A stretch of DNA of 64,000 bases from Escherichia phage ECML-10, in the sequence record OL631479.1; one strand, written 5' to 3'. Position 1 is the first letter of the stretch. Every line of letters begins with the position of its first letter. Made by a program: the position numbers and the translations under genes. Of the stretch, positions 1 to 8,819 are shown piece by piece. Under the pieces are notes generated by a model. That model was not told where the DNA came from. It saw only the letters and a list, made by a program, of their open reading frames with translations, and ran no database searches.

Positions 1-15
1 CTAGGAGAACTAGAT

Positions 16-324
16 ATGCTTAAAATTTTTATTGTTGAAGATAAAGATATTGTCCAGTTGTATGCAAACGAGAATCATAAAGGTATGATTCTGAAGAAGG
101 CAAGCAACCTTCATGAAAACACAATTCAACCTGGCGATGTAATTAAGATCTGTGGTTATATGATACCAGACTCCTTGATGAAAATAACCCACCACTGGGG
201 GTCTAATCCGTTCCTTTTTGAAAAGTATTGGGATGTTGAGTCACTTATTGCAGAGAGTGATGATGCATTCCATTACAGCATCCAACCATCTTGCAGAATA
301 ACTAACAGGAGGGTCTTTGAGTAG
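16..324 (+). CDS. hypothetical protein
   Basis: ATG preceded by AGGAG RBS; 102 aa ORF, no recognisable motif. Confidence 0.45.
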   Translation: MLKIFIVEDKDIVQLYANENHKGMILKKASNLHENTIQPGDVIKICGYMIPDSLMKITHHWGSNPFLFEKYWDVESLIAESDDAFHYSIQPSCRITNRRVFE

Positions 325-1456
325 AGAATATCCACTTATTGAGTCCATAGATTGTCTGGCTGATCTTCTTGAACCTGACGCTATAGTTTATTATGACTTC
401 GATCAGGTTGCATATCAAGCTGCAGCAAGTTGTGAAAAAAGGACAATTGAGGTAACACACAAAGCCTCCGGACGTAAGAAGATGTTTAAAACACGAACAG
501 AGTTCTGGGGGCGGCAGAAGAACACAGTTGGTGGTTGGTTAAAAGCTGAGAATACCAACCGTGAAGCTGCATGTAAAAAGGCTGGCAAGGAGTTTATTCC
601 GTGGACACGAGAAGATTTCGATGTCTTGGATATCCAAACCCCTGATCCTGTAGAGAACTGCTTGCACACAATTAAGTGTAAAGCGAATGCAGTCCTTAAT
701 TATCTCGGTATTCCGGAAGATCGGTGCGTGGGGGTACTTGGAGGCACAGGTAATTTCAGACTAGATCTTCCCATGCCGGAAAGATATAAAGCCAACCGTA
801 ACAATACTCTTCGACCACTGCTGCTTGGAGATGCAAGACAGTATCTCCAAAAGCAGTATAATGCTCAAGTGATCAACGGTATCGAGGCTGACGACTGGTT
901 AGCTATCCAGCAATTTGAAGGTTGGAACCACTACCAAAAAACAGGTAAGTTCAACAAGTTTATTATCTCTATTGATAAGGACCAAAGAACACTGCCGGGG
1001 CTTGTGTTCGATCCCATGCGAAACGATAAGGGAGATTTTGTAAGGGAAACCCCTATGCTGATCGATAACGGTATGGGGAACATCTTCATGAAGCCTAATG
1101 GAGAGGTTGGTGGTTACGGAATGCTGTTCTTCGGATACCAAATGCTGTGTGGTGACTCTGCCGACAATATCAAGCCGTATCAAGGACTTATCGGTAAGGG
1201 TAAGTTCGGGGATGCCTCAGCATTCTACCTACTGTCTCAGTGCAGCACTCCAAAGGAGATGTGGGTGGCTATTATTGATCAGTACAAGAAGTGGTTCCCG
1301 AAAGGTGTTGTTAAGTATACTGACTTCAATGGTGTTGATCGTAGAATTTCCGTAGGTCAATGGATGAGTATAATTTTTGACTGTTTGTATATGAAGCGAA
1401 CATTCAATGATCAAACAAAACTTGTTAACGTTCTTAGAAATGTTGGAGCAATTTGA
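317..1456 (+). CDS. 5'-3' exonuclease / flap endonuclease (FEN, T4 RNase H / T5 D15-like)
   Basis: TTG start 5 nt after AGGAGG; motifs YKANR and GIEADDWLA typical of the 5'-3' exonuclease/FEN family. Confidence 0.75.
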   Translation: MSREYPLIESIDCLADLLEPDAIVYYDFDQVAYQAAASCEKRTIEVTHKASGRKKMFKTRTEFWGRQKNTVGGWLKAENTNREAACKKAGKEFIPWTREDFDVLDIQTPDPVENCLHTIKCKANAVLNYLGIPEDRCVGVLGGTGNFRLDLPMPERYKANRNNTLRPLLLGDARQYLQKQYNAQVINGIEADDWLAIQQFEGWNHYQKTGKFNKFIISIDKDQRTLPGLVFDPMRNDKGDFVRETPMLIDNGMGNIFMKPNGEVGGYGMLFFGYQMLCGDSADNIKPYQGLIGKGKFGDASAFYLLSQCSTPKEMWVAIIDQYKKWFPKGVVKYTDFNGVDRRISVGQWMSIIFDCLYMKRTFNDQTKLVNVLRNVGAI

Positions 1457-1788
1457 TGACTAAAAATTCTGTAGATAGTGCAATTATGGAAGCTGTTTTT
1501 GAGGATGATCATACAACAGGGACACTTAAAACAAAAAATACATTCGTTGTTGCCACAGGTATGTGGCGGTTGTATGAAGATGACACCATTTCATACATCC
1601 TGTACACTGATGATTACGCAGATGACCGTGTATGGTCTGCTGTTTTAAAAGAGGATTGTGAACTGATTGAGGGCGAGCGGTTATGCATGTTCCCCAGTGT
1701 GGAAACAGATGTTAAGCTTTGCTCTCTCGTCTTGTTCAAAGATAAGGCTTATGCTCCTGATGAAGGAGAGGAGGATGAGGAAGTATGA
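1456..1788 (+). CDS. hypothetical acidic protein
   Basis: ATG overlaps upstream stop (TGATG); acidic C-terminus EGEEDEEV. Confidence 0.45.
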   Translation: MTKNSVDSAIMEAVFEDDHTTGTLKTKNTFVVATGMWRLYEDDTISYILYTDDYADDRVWSAVLKEDCELIEGERLCMFPSVETDVKLCSLVLFKDKAYAPDEGEEDEEV

Positions 1789-2414
1789 GAGAGCGTCTAT
1801 TATCCATAGACCAGTCGTTGACACACACAGCTTGCGTTGTATGGGACGATGGAAAGCCTGTTCATAAGGTTGTGTTACGAACTCAAAGCTCATCTGCAAA
1901 AGAGAAGAAACCAGGGACGGTTTCTTTTGCAACAGCTGCTGAGCGTATTGACTGGATCTGCAAACAGGTCAGATATTATATCCACACGCACGGAGTTGAC
2001 ACCGTGGTTATGGAAGGACTTTCCTTCGGATCTCGCGGGGATGCCACACGTGAACTGGCTGGGTTGTTTTACGGTCTCGAAGTTATGCTTTGGGATGCTT
2101 TAGCTGATTGTGAAAATGACGGCCTGTTTAAGGTTCACACAGTGACACCAACAACTGCCAAAAAGTTTGCTCGTAGTCATCTTCCTGAAGAACTTGCTTT
2201 TGAGGAGAAGAAAAAGCTTGACAAAAAGACAGGTAAAGAGCATACTGTGAAGAAACCTGTTACGATGGATAAAAAGTTGATGGTTAAGGCCTGCGAAGTA
2301 TCTGAACCAGGGTTCCTAGATGGGATCAATTTGGTACAAGGTAAGGCCGATCTCGCAGATGCTTATTGGATAGGCAGGGCGCATCTGGAGGGGTTATCGC
2401 AAAGCGTAAAATAA
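1785..2414 (+). CDS. RuvC-like Holliday junction resolvase (putative)
   Basis: ATG overlaps upstream stop; N-terminal LLSIDQS, central VVMEG, C-terminal GKADLADAYWIG resemble the RuvC acidic catalytic residues. Confidence 0.5.
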   Translation: MRERLLSIDQSLTHTACVVWDDGKPVHKVVLRTQSSSAKEKKPGTVSFATAAERIDWICKQVRYYIHTHGVDTVVMEGLSFGSRGDATRELAGLFYGLEVMLWDALADCENDGLFKVHTVTPTTAKKFARSHLPEELAFEEKKKLDKKTGKEHTVKKPVTMDKKLMVKACEVSEPGFLDGINLVQGKADLADAYWIGRAHLEGLSQSVK

Positions 2415-2971
2415 GAAAGAAAGCTGTCAAAGCCCCCGTTCATAGCGGGTGGCTAAAAGATTCTAAGGACATAGCCAACTTTCGAAAAGAATTGTCAGAG
2501 GAGCAGGATGGTCTTGATCCGATCTTGTGCGAGCCACTTCGTAAGCCTTGTTTAGATCATGATCATCTGACTGGTCGTTGCAGGGGTGTTTTGTCTCAGT
2601 GCACTAATACCTTTGAGGGGTATGTGCTTAAATACTGGATGAAATACTGTAACGAGTATACAGATTGCAGTTTATCAGAGGCGTTGCGCCGGATGGCTGA
2701 CTATCTGGAGAAAGACTACAGCGACTTCCCGCTCCACAAAAACTACAGAGATGATATGACAAAGTTCTTGAGGAGATGCTCTAAAGCTACGATTATTGCA
2801 CGAGCAGAATCAGATCTCAATCTTGTCATTAATCCAGAGTGCACCAAGCATGAGGCTATTGAGTCCTACATGCAGGAGTTTATAAAGAAAACTGAGGAGA
2901 GAGATTTCTATGGGGATGAAAAAGGTATTCAATCCTTGCGACTCAGTCCTGATCAGGATGAAATACCGTAA
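2366..2971 (+). CDS. recombination endonuclease VII-like (T4 gp49 family)
   Basis: motif CLDHDHLTGRCRGVLSQCTN matches the EndoVII DHDH-TG-RG-C-N signature; start uncertain (TTG in track, overlaps upstream gene). Confidence 0.65.
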   Translation: MDRQGASGGVIAKRKIRKKAVKAPVHSGWLKDSKDIANFRKELSEEQDGLDPILCEPLRKPCLDHDHLTGRCRGVLSQCTNTFEGYVLKYWMKYCNEYTDCSLSEALRRMADYLEKDYSDFPLHKNYRDDMTKFLRRCSKATIIARAESDLNLVINPECTKHEAIESYMQEFIKKTEERDFYGDEKGIQSLRLSPDQDEIP

Positions 2972-3131
2972 CTGGAAAGGTGTTGTTGCAGATCGCTGCG
3001 TTACTGAGCCTAATTTATGGTTTGGCTCTACAGAGTATCATAAAGAAGAGCAGTGGTTGATGCATGCCTTTGATGTAGACAAGGGCGAATATCGTGACTT
3101 CGCTTTAAAAGACATTCTTCAGTTTTACTAA
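2910..3131 (+). CDS. hypothetical protein
   Basis: 73 aa ORF overlapping the 3' end of the endonuclease VII gene in another frame. Confidence 0.3.
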   Translation: MGMKKVFNPCDSVLIRMKYRNWKGVVADRCVTEPNLWFGSTEYHKEEQWLMHAFDVDKGEYRDFALKDILQFY

Positions 3132-3137
3132 GGAATT

Positions 3138-4127
3138 TTGACGATGATGGCAAAGTTAACTCTTGAGCAAATTTTAACACTAAAGCAGCAGGGATACACT
3201 AATAGACAAATTGCTCGTGAATTTTTAGGCCGTGAGTCACGTGAGAGTTGGATCCGACTACAGCTTAAACGTGCACAAGAGAATATGTCAGAGATTGTAG
3301 GAGAAGCAACGGAGCGCTTCCTTGAAGAACACAAAGGAGCTAAAGTTTGGGTGTATGATACAGAAACATCACCAACAAACGGCTGGTTCTTTGGGCACTA
3401 TAAGACCAACATTCAAACCTGCGGTATTGAAATTATGCCCTATATGCTAACTTTCGCAGGTAAGTGGTTAGACAGTCCTAGTGTGGTTGACTGCGCTCTT
3501 CCCGATTACAAAATGTGGGATGAGGATATTCACAATGACCTCGAATTGATTCAGGACTTGTGGTATTATCTGGATAAATGTGATGTCGCAGTAGCCCACA
3601 ATTCAGGTTTTGACTGTGGGTGGGCAAACCAACGATTTGCATTTCACGGGTTGCCTCCAACAAGCCCATACAAAGAGGTTGACACCCTTAAAATGATCAA
3701 GAAGGCATTCCGTTTGAATGCAAACACTTTGGAGTATGCATGCAAATACTTCCAACTTGCCAGACAGAAACTGATTGACCACACATTTGAAATGTGGATC
3801 AAGTGTGTTCATGGTGATCTTGAGGCGTTTAAACAGATGCGGGAGTACAATGTTGGTGATATCCTATCTCTGGAAGGCCTGTATTTGCTGGCACGCCCGT
3901 TTGCTAAGCAGCACCCCAACATGTCATTGTACTACCAGGATGAGGAGCCAAAAGTTCGTTGCCCACGCTGCGGTGGAGAACACCTTCACGAGGAAGAAGC
4001 TTTGGCGTATACTCAACTGAGTGCATTTAAAACATATCGCTGCGAAGGTTGTGGATCTGTTGTTCGTGACCGTAACAACATCCGTACCAGAGAAGAAATG
4101 AAAAACACCCTGATTCAGATAATCTAA
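3138..4127 (+). CDS. DnaQ-like 3'-5' exonuclease with N-terminal HTH-like segment and C-terminal CxxC zinc ribbon (putative)
   Basis: AAGGA RBS; exo-like motifs VYDTET, AVAHNSGFDCGW, YNVGD; C-terminal CPRCGG...CEGCG. Confidence 0.5.
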   Translation: MTMMAKLTLEQILTLKQQGYTNRQIAREFLGRESRESWIRLQLKRAQENMSEIVGEATERFLEEHKGAKVWVYDTETSPTNGWFFGHYKTNIQTCGIEIMPYMLTFAGKWLDSPSVVDCALPDYKMWDEDIHNDLELIQDLWYYLDKCDVAVAHNSGFDCGWANQRFAFHGLPPTSPYKEVDTLKMIKKAFRLNANTLEYACKYFQLARQKLIDHTFEMWIKCVHGDLEAFKQMREYNVGDILSLEGLYLLARPFAKQHPNMSLYYQDEEPKVRCPRCGGEHLHEEEALAYTQLSAFKTYRCEGCGSVVRDRNNIRTREEMKNTLIQII

Positions 4128-4136
4128 TCAAGTATA

Positions 4137-4165
4137 GGGAGGCTTGCGCCTCCCTTTTCCTTTTG
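4137..4165 (+). terminator. intrinsic terminator
   Basis: GGGAGGC-ttgc-GCCTCCC hairpin followed by TTTTCCTTTT. Confidence 0.6.
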
Positions 4166-4173
4166 GAGGCACT

Positions 4174-4992
4174 TTGAGCAAGAAAGAGTCCAACGACAAA
4201 TATTACACAAACCCTGAGTATGCAGAATATCTTGTTGGTAAAGTAAAAGATAAGTATGGAAATTGTGCATACGTTGAGCCTTCTGCTGGAAGGGGTTCTT
4301 TTTCAAAACTATTTTCAGAGATACTGTCTTACGATCTAGTACCAGATCCTGAATTTGAAGGACCAACACCGTGCATTCAGGCAAACTTCTTGGAGGTGCA
4401 TCCCAAGGCAGATGTCTTCATAGGTAACCCACCATTTGGCAAGAATTCATCTTTAGCTTGCAAATTCTTTAACCATTGTGCATCATTGCTAGAGCTTGGA
4501 GGGGCTATAGCCTTCATCTTGCCACGGACATTTGAAAAAATATTTTTTGCAAACAAACTGGACATGTCGATGCACCTTGTCTACAGTGAAAGGTGCCCTA
4601 AGAACTCGTTTCTACTTAATGGCAAACCTTATGACGTGCCGTGTGTTTTCCAAATTTGGGAGAAAAAGGCGTGCAACAGGGATCCTGTAGAGATTGGGGA
4701 GAATAAGTTATTTTCTTTTAGCACTCCAGATGACTACGACTTCTGTGTAAGACGTGTTGGGTATAATGCTGGAAAAGTATTGGGGGAGGATGACCCAAAA
4801 TCTGAAGAATCAACATATTTCATAAAATCTTTAGTTGACGGTGTTGACAGAGTGTTTGCTGAATGCTATTCTTCTTTTCAAGAAGAAGCAGGTAAGACTG
4901 CCGGAATGAAGAGTATAGGTAAGAAAGAACTACAATACATTTTGGAGACTAGGTATGATCAAAAGCATAGACTTGACCAAAGAACTTACTGA
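4174..4992 (+). CDS. DNA N6-adenine methyltransferase (putative)
   Basis: motifs DKYYTNP, EPSAGRGSF and NPPFG; start placed at in-frame TTG after the terminator, uncertain. Confidence 0.6.
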   Translation: MSKKESNDKYYTNPEYAEYLVGKVKDKYGNCAYVEPSAGRGSFSKLFSEILSYDLVPDPEFEGPTPCIQANFLEVHPKADVFIGNPPFGKNSSLACKFFNHCASLLELGGAIAFILPRTFEKIFFANKLDMSMHLVYSERCPKNSFLLNGKPYDVPCVFQIWEKKACNRDPVEIGENKLFSFSTPDDYDFCVRRVGYNAGKVLGEDDPKSEESTYFIKSLVDGVDRVFAECYSSFQEEAGKTAGMKSIGKKELQYILETRYDQKHRLDQRTY

Positions 4993-5413
4993 TGCAAAAG
5001 CTTTTGGTGAGACAGCGGTACAAAGGGGGCAGGCGATGGGACTGGCACTACCTTTCGTATTAAAAGAGCACTTTACAGATTTTCAACTTATCAAGGGTGA
5101 TAAGGGAATGCTTATCCTGGAGCATAAGTTGAGTAAGAAACGCTATAAAGTTGTTTTTAATTCTAAAGCTCCAACAAAACTGGGATTCAGAACTTACAAT
5201 CTTAACCCATCCTACACTAAGGGTGTTGGAAGGGTAGAACAACAGCATTTCAGTGCCAGAGCTTCTTTAGCCCCTTTGATGCTAAATTTCTCAGGGGTGG
5301 CTTTAGGATACCTTGATAAGAAAAGAGTTCTTCATGTCCGTTTCACAGACTTTGTAACGCTTCTAGCCAACAACGAGGTTGATGAAAAGGGACGTGTAAA
5401 AACAAACTTCTAA
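4955..5413 (+). CDS. hypothetical protein
   Basis: 152 aa ORF, GGAGA-like RBS. Confidence 0.45.
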   Translation: MIKSIDLTKELTDAKAFGETAVQRGQAMGLALPFVLKEHFTDFQLIKGDKGMLILEHKLSKKRYKVVFNSKAPTKLGFRTYNLNPSYTKGVGRVEQQHFSARASLAPLMLNFSGVALGYLDKKRVLHVRFTDFVTLLANNEVDEKGRVKTNF

Positions 5414-5440
5414 TAACGCATAGTATGATTGGAGAACGCA

Positions 5441-5632
5441 ATGACACTAAAGTTAACAATTCCAGACAGCTTTTCAGAAGACTTTATCCCAGAAATGATG
5501 GGTAAGATGCGATCATTGCTTGATCAGATCGAGGAAGCTGTTTGGGAAGACGATGCTGTAGTGGCTAACGAGCTGGTAGATAAGTGTAAAAGTATTATTG
5601 ATGCAGTTGAAGAATACCACGGAGGTTTTTGA
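5441..5632 (+). CDS. hypothetical small acidic protein
   Basis: ATG after TTGGAGA; 63 aa. Confidence 0.4.
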   Translation: MTLKLTIPDSFSEDFIPEMMGKMRSLLDQIEEAVWEDDAVVANELVDKCKSIIDAVEEYHGGF

Positions 5633-6246
5633 TGGATATTATTGTTCTTAACGCCCCACCCAGCAGTGGTAAGGATCACATTGCAGATCTCTTGTTGGAA
5701 GCTATTCCTAACTCACACCACCGTGAGGTTAAGGAGATGCTCTTCAGTGTGGCAATTAAGGCAGCTGGTGTAACTCCTCAACTCTGGAATGCACTTTATG
5801 ACCGCCACTACAAAGAAGAGCCTTGCCCTTTCTTAATGATAGACGGCAAGCATGTTTCTCCGCGAGAATGGATGATCCATTGTAGTGAAAATCTGATTAA
5901 ACCTATCTTTGGTGAAGATGCTTTCGGTAAAGCCGCAGTCGCATCTTTGAAGAAAGATTTCCCTAAAGGTAAAGGGGTTGTTGTTTACTCCGATGGTGGA
6001 TTCAAAGAGGAGCTGGCATGCCTTAGCGAGTACGCGTACAGCACAGGTGGAGATCTGTTGTTGTTCCGTATTCACCGTGTCGGATATGACTGGGGAAATG
6101 ATTCCAGAACCTATCTAAGTCTGGAAAAGAACGGAATAAAAGGAATTGAGTTCGATGTTGTAAACCCTGAAGGTGCACCTTGGGAATGTGCATCGGAGAT
6201 TGTGTGCAAGTATATTGATGCTAAAGAGGCCCAAGAAGAATGTTAA
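5632..6246 (+). CDS. deoxynucleoside monophosphate kinase (T4 gp1-like)
   Basis: N-terminal P-loop-like IVLNAPPSSGKDHIADLL resembling T4 dNMP kinase; GGAGG RBS. Confidence 0.6.
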   Translation: MDIIVLNAPPSSGKDHIADLLLEAIPNSHHREVKEMLFSVAIKAAGVTPQLWNALYDRHYKEEPCPFLMIDGKHVSPREWMIHCSENLIKPIFGEDAFGKAAVASLKKDFPKGKGVVVYSDGGFKEELACLSEYAYSTGGDLLLFRIHRVGYDWGNDSRTYLSLEKNGIKGIEFDVVNPEGAPWECASEIVCKYIDAKEAQEEC

Positions 6247-6833
6247 TCGGTATTGATGTAGATTTGACACTGGTAGATTCAGGAACAGCATGGTGGGAGT
6301 GGTTGGAGCGTTTATATGGTCCAGCCAGTAAGACAGTCACTAAACCTTCTAATGGGTTAATGTATTACGATCTGTCAAAGTATTGGCCTGATCGCCCCAA
6401 AGAAAACATCATAGGGCCTTTTGATTTCTGGAGTGACCCGTTCCTCTACGACTTTCTTAAGCCTGAAGAGGGGGCTATTGAGGTTATGAAAGATTTGGTG
6501 GCTCGTGGTCACAAGCTTGCATTTATCTCGGTATGCAAGAAAGGTCACCTTGCATCTAAATCAAGGTTCTTAAAGCGTTGGACTAGTGATTTTATGGATC
6601 TGGACGATCACACCCAGGGTCACGGCTTCTACGCCACGCATTTCAAGGGAAATGTGGCTGTAGATGTTATAATTGACGACAGGCATGAATACCTGAACCA
6701 ATTCGCTTCACGCCCTGAAGTTATTAAAATCCTAAAAGATACGCCTTATGAGCAATTTGAGGAGTTAAAGGTTAGTGTTGACTATACCGCTAATAGCTGG
6801 TATAAAATAGGAAAGTTTTTAGAAGGTATTTGA
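6240..6833 (+). CDS. HAD-superfamily phosphatase, putative 5'-deoxynucleotidase
   Basis: N-terminal HAD motif I GIDVDLTLVDSG; start overlaps upstream stop (ATGTTAA). Confidence 0.55.
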   Translation: MLIGIDVDLTLVDSGTAWWEWLERLYGPASKTVTKPSNGLMYYDLSKYWPDRPKENIIGPFDFWSDPFLYDFLKPEEGAIEVMKDLVARGHKLAFISVCKKGHLASKSRFLKRWTSDFMDLDDHTQGHGFYATHFKGNVAVDVIIDDRHEYLNQFASRPEVIKILKDTPYEQFEELKVSVDYTANSWYKIGKFLEGI

Positions 6834-6834
6834 A

Positions 6835-7035
6835 ATGGGCAGATGTTCTAAAGGTGGCGATCCTGTAGTCAGATACGGTGACTGGCTAGAGGTGTATGAT
6901 CTGGGAGGTAAGCTGGTGTATGCCTCCAGGATCACCCAAGACATGTGCTCCGATATGTTCAACAGATACCTTGCATTTAAGGCCAACATAAACCCAGACG
7001 AAATTTCCAAAATTAAAACAAGGAGAGCTAAATAA
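6835..7035 (+). CDS. hypothetical protein
   Basis: 66 aa ORF tightly packed between neighbours. Confidence 0.4.
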   Translation: MGRCSKGGDPVVRYGDWLEVYDLGGKLVYASRITQDMCSDMFNRYLAFKANINPDEISKIKTRRAK

Positions 7036-8018
7036 TGCTAAAACTGTGCACTGCAAAGATCATTGCTGACAGCATTTCCGAGAAAGGTAAGCGCATCACA
7101 ACTTTTGAGCTAGAGTATCCTCGAATTATTCACTCAGAGCTTATGACGCACCGAGTGTTCAGCCGAAACGCCATGTCTTCCCGTGCAGTGCCTGTCGGAA
7201 AGATGCTGCAACAGATTGTGGAGAATCCGGCAATGCCAGTTCGCTTCGGTGTAAATAAGCGAGGAATGGAAGATGGTGGGGAACACGATCAAAAGATCCG
7301 TGTAGAGTACACTGATATGGAGCTAACTCCGGAAGAGTTTTGGAAAGAAGCTGCAAAAAACGCCGCTTGGCATGCAGAGAAGTTTGCCCTTGCTGGTTAC
7401 CATAAGCAAGTATGTAACCGCTTAGTGGAGCCTTTTCAGCGCATGAAAACAGTTGTAACAAGCACCGAGTGGAATAATTTTTTCCACCTCCGTTGCTGGC
7501 ACGATGCGGATCCTACGATTCAGATGTTAGCTAATTGTATGTGGGAGGCTCTTGTGAATAGCACTCCTGAAATCCTTAAACCGGGTCAATGGCACACTCC
7601 ATATGTAGAGCACGTTTATTTGGACGGGGAGTTTAACTACGCTGTACGTGACACAGAAGGAAAGCTCTGCATTCTCGATACTAAAGAAGCTCTGTCTATC
7701 AGTGCTAGTTGCTGTGCACAAGTATCTTATCGAAATATTGACAGCACGTTTGAAAAGGCAGACAGTGTGGCTAAAAAATTGATTGGTGGGGATCGTATTC
7801 ATGCAAGCCCTTACGAGCACCAGGCAACACCTATGGATCACGATAACGCAATGGAACGTTTAAACTACTACCTGTCTTCATGTGAAATCACACAAGACAT
7901 CAGTACTTGGCAGGAAGGTGTAACCCATCAAGACCGTGATGGTAAATTCTGGTCTGCCAACTTTTGTGGGTGGGTTCAGCACAGACAACTGCTTAATAAC
8001 CACTTCGTGAAAGGTTAA
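7035..8018 (+). CDS. thyX: ThyX-like FAD-dependent thymidylate synthase (atypical)
   Basis: AAGGAGAG RBS; segment LMTHRVFSRNAMSSRAV resembles the ThyX RHR-x7-S signature but with T in place of the first R; 327 aa is longer than typical ThyX. Confidence 0.55.
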   Translation: MLKLCTAKIIADSISEKGKRITTFELEYPRIIHSELMTHRVFSRNAMSSRAVPVGKMLQQIVENPAMPVRFGVNKRGMEDGGEHDQKIRVEYTDMELTPEEFWKEAAKNAAWHAEKFALAGYHKQVCNRLVEPFQRMKTVVTSTEWNNFFHLRCWHDADPTIQMLANCMWEALVNSTPEILKPGQWHTPYVEHVYLDGEFNYAVRDTEGKLCILDTKEALSISASCCAQVSYRNIDSTFEKADSVAKKLIGGDRIHASPYEHQATPMDHDNAMERLNYYLSSCEITQDISTWQEGVTHQDRDGKFWSANFCGWVQHRQLLNNHFVKG

Positions 8019-8047
8019 TCCTATCACAGCGATAGGTAACTTTTGTG

Positions 8048-8076
8048 TTGACTAATAGTATTAGATAATCTATAAT
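8048..8076 (+). promoter_or_regulatory. sigma70-like promoter
   Basis: TTGACT-17 nt-TATAAT. Confidence 0.55.
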
Positions 8077-8103
8077 AATGGCTCACTTTGTTGGTGAGCC
8101 AGA

Positions 8104-8578
8104 AATGGAGACAGATATGAGTAATGTTATGATTCCTAAAAAGACATTTATTTCAGTTACTTTGGATTTCCTATCTACCGTTCCCGGGTTTAACGTTCGC
8201 ACACGAAACGGTCTCCGAGCTGCACTCTTTGCCGTAGGGTTTGATTTAAAAAGTATTGATGTTCTTCGTGGAAAAAACGTTCGATGCAAAAATAAGCCAA
8301 CACATTATCGAAAGGCAGATGTATTTGCTGGTGTCATGCGTGCAGACTTTAGATACCCGCAAATGTATAACGGTGTAGATATTTTAGATGTGGATAAAGC
8401 ACCTGGTGAGGCAATGCTTGTTCAAGATCTTCCGTATGATATTCCTGTAGAGGATCGTGTTAATGTAAGAAAGTATACAAAACAATCTGAAAAGGCTGAA
8501 GATATTCATATTGTTGATGAACCTTTCAATTTTGAAGATCTGCATCGCCTGGAAAAATTATTCGGTATTGAAAGCTAA
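8104..8578 (+). CDS. hypothetical protein
   Basis: ORF downstream of promoter; start uncertain (ATG at 8104 or 8116). Confidence 0.45.
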
Positions 8579-8588
8579 GGTGGTGAAG

Positions 8589-8819
8589 ATGAGTCATAAC
8601 TCCAAGTGGAAGGATCTTGGTTTTGCAAGTCGGTCAGAGTATGTTGGTTGGCTTTGGTTCAACGGCCTGACAAATGATATTAAAATGTATGATGATGTTT
8701 ATTATGACGAGTATACAGGCAAAATTATAAATATCTCTGTAGAAGAGGATACCTTTATCCAGCAAGATACTGATACCTGCCTTGATAAATACGTTGATGA
8801 AGTGGAGGAAGCAAATTGA
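8589..8819 (+). CDS. hypothetical acidic protein
   Basis: ATG after AAGGTGG RBS. Confidence 0.4.
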   Translation: MSHNSKWKDLGFASRSEYVGWLWFNGLTNDIKMYDDVYYDEYTGKIINISVEEDTFIQQDTDTCLDKYVDEVEEAN

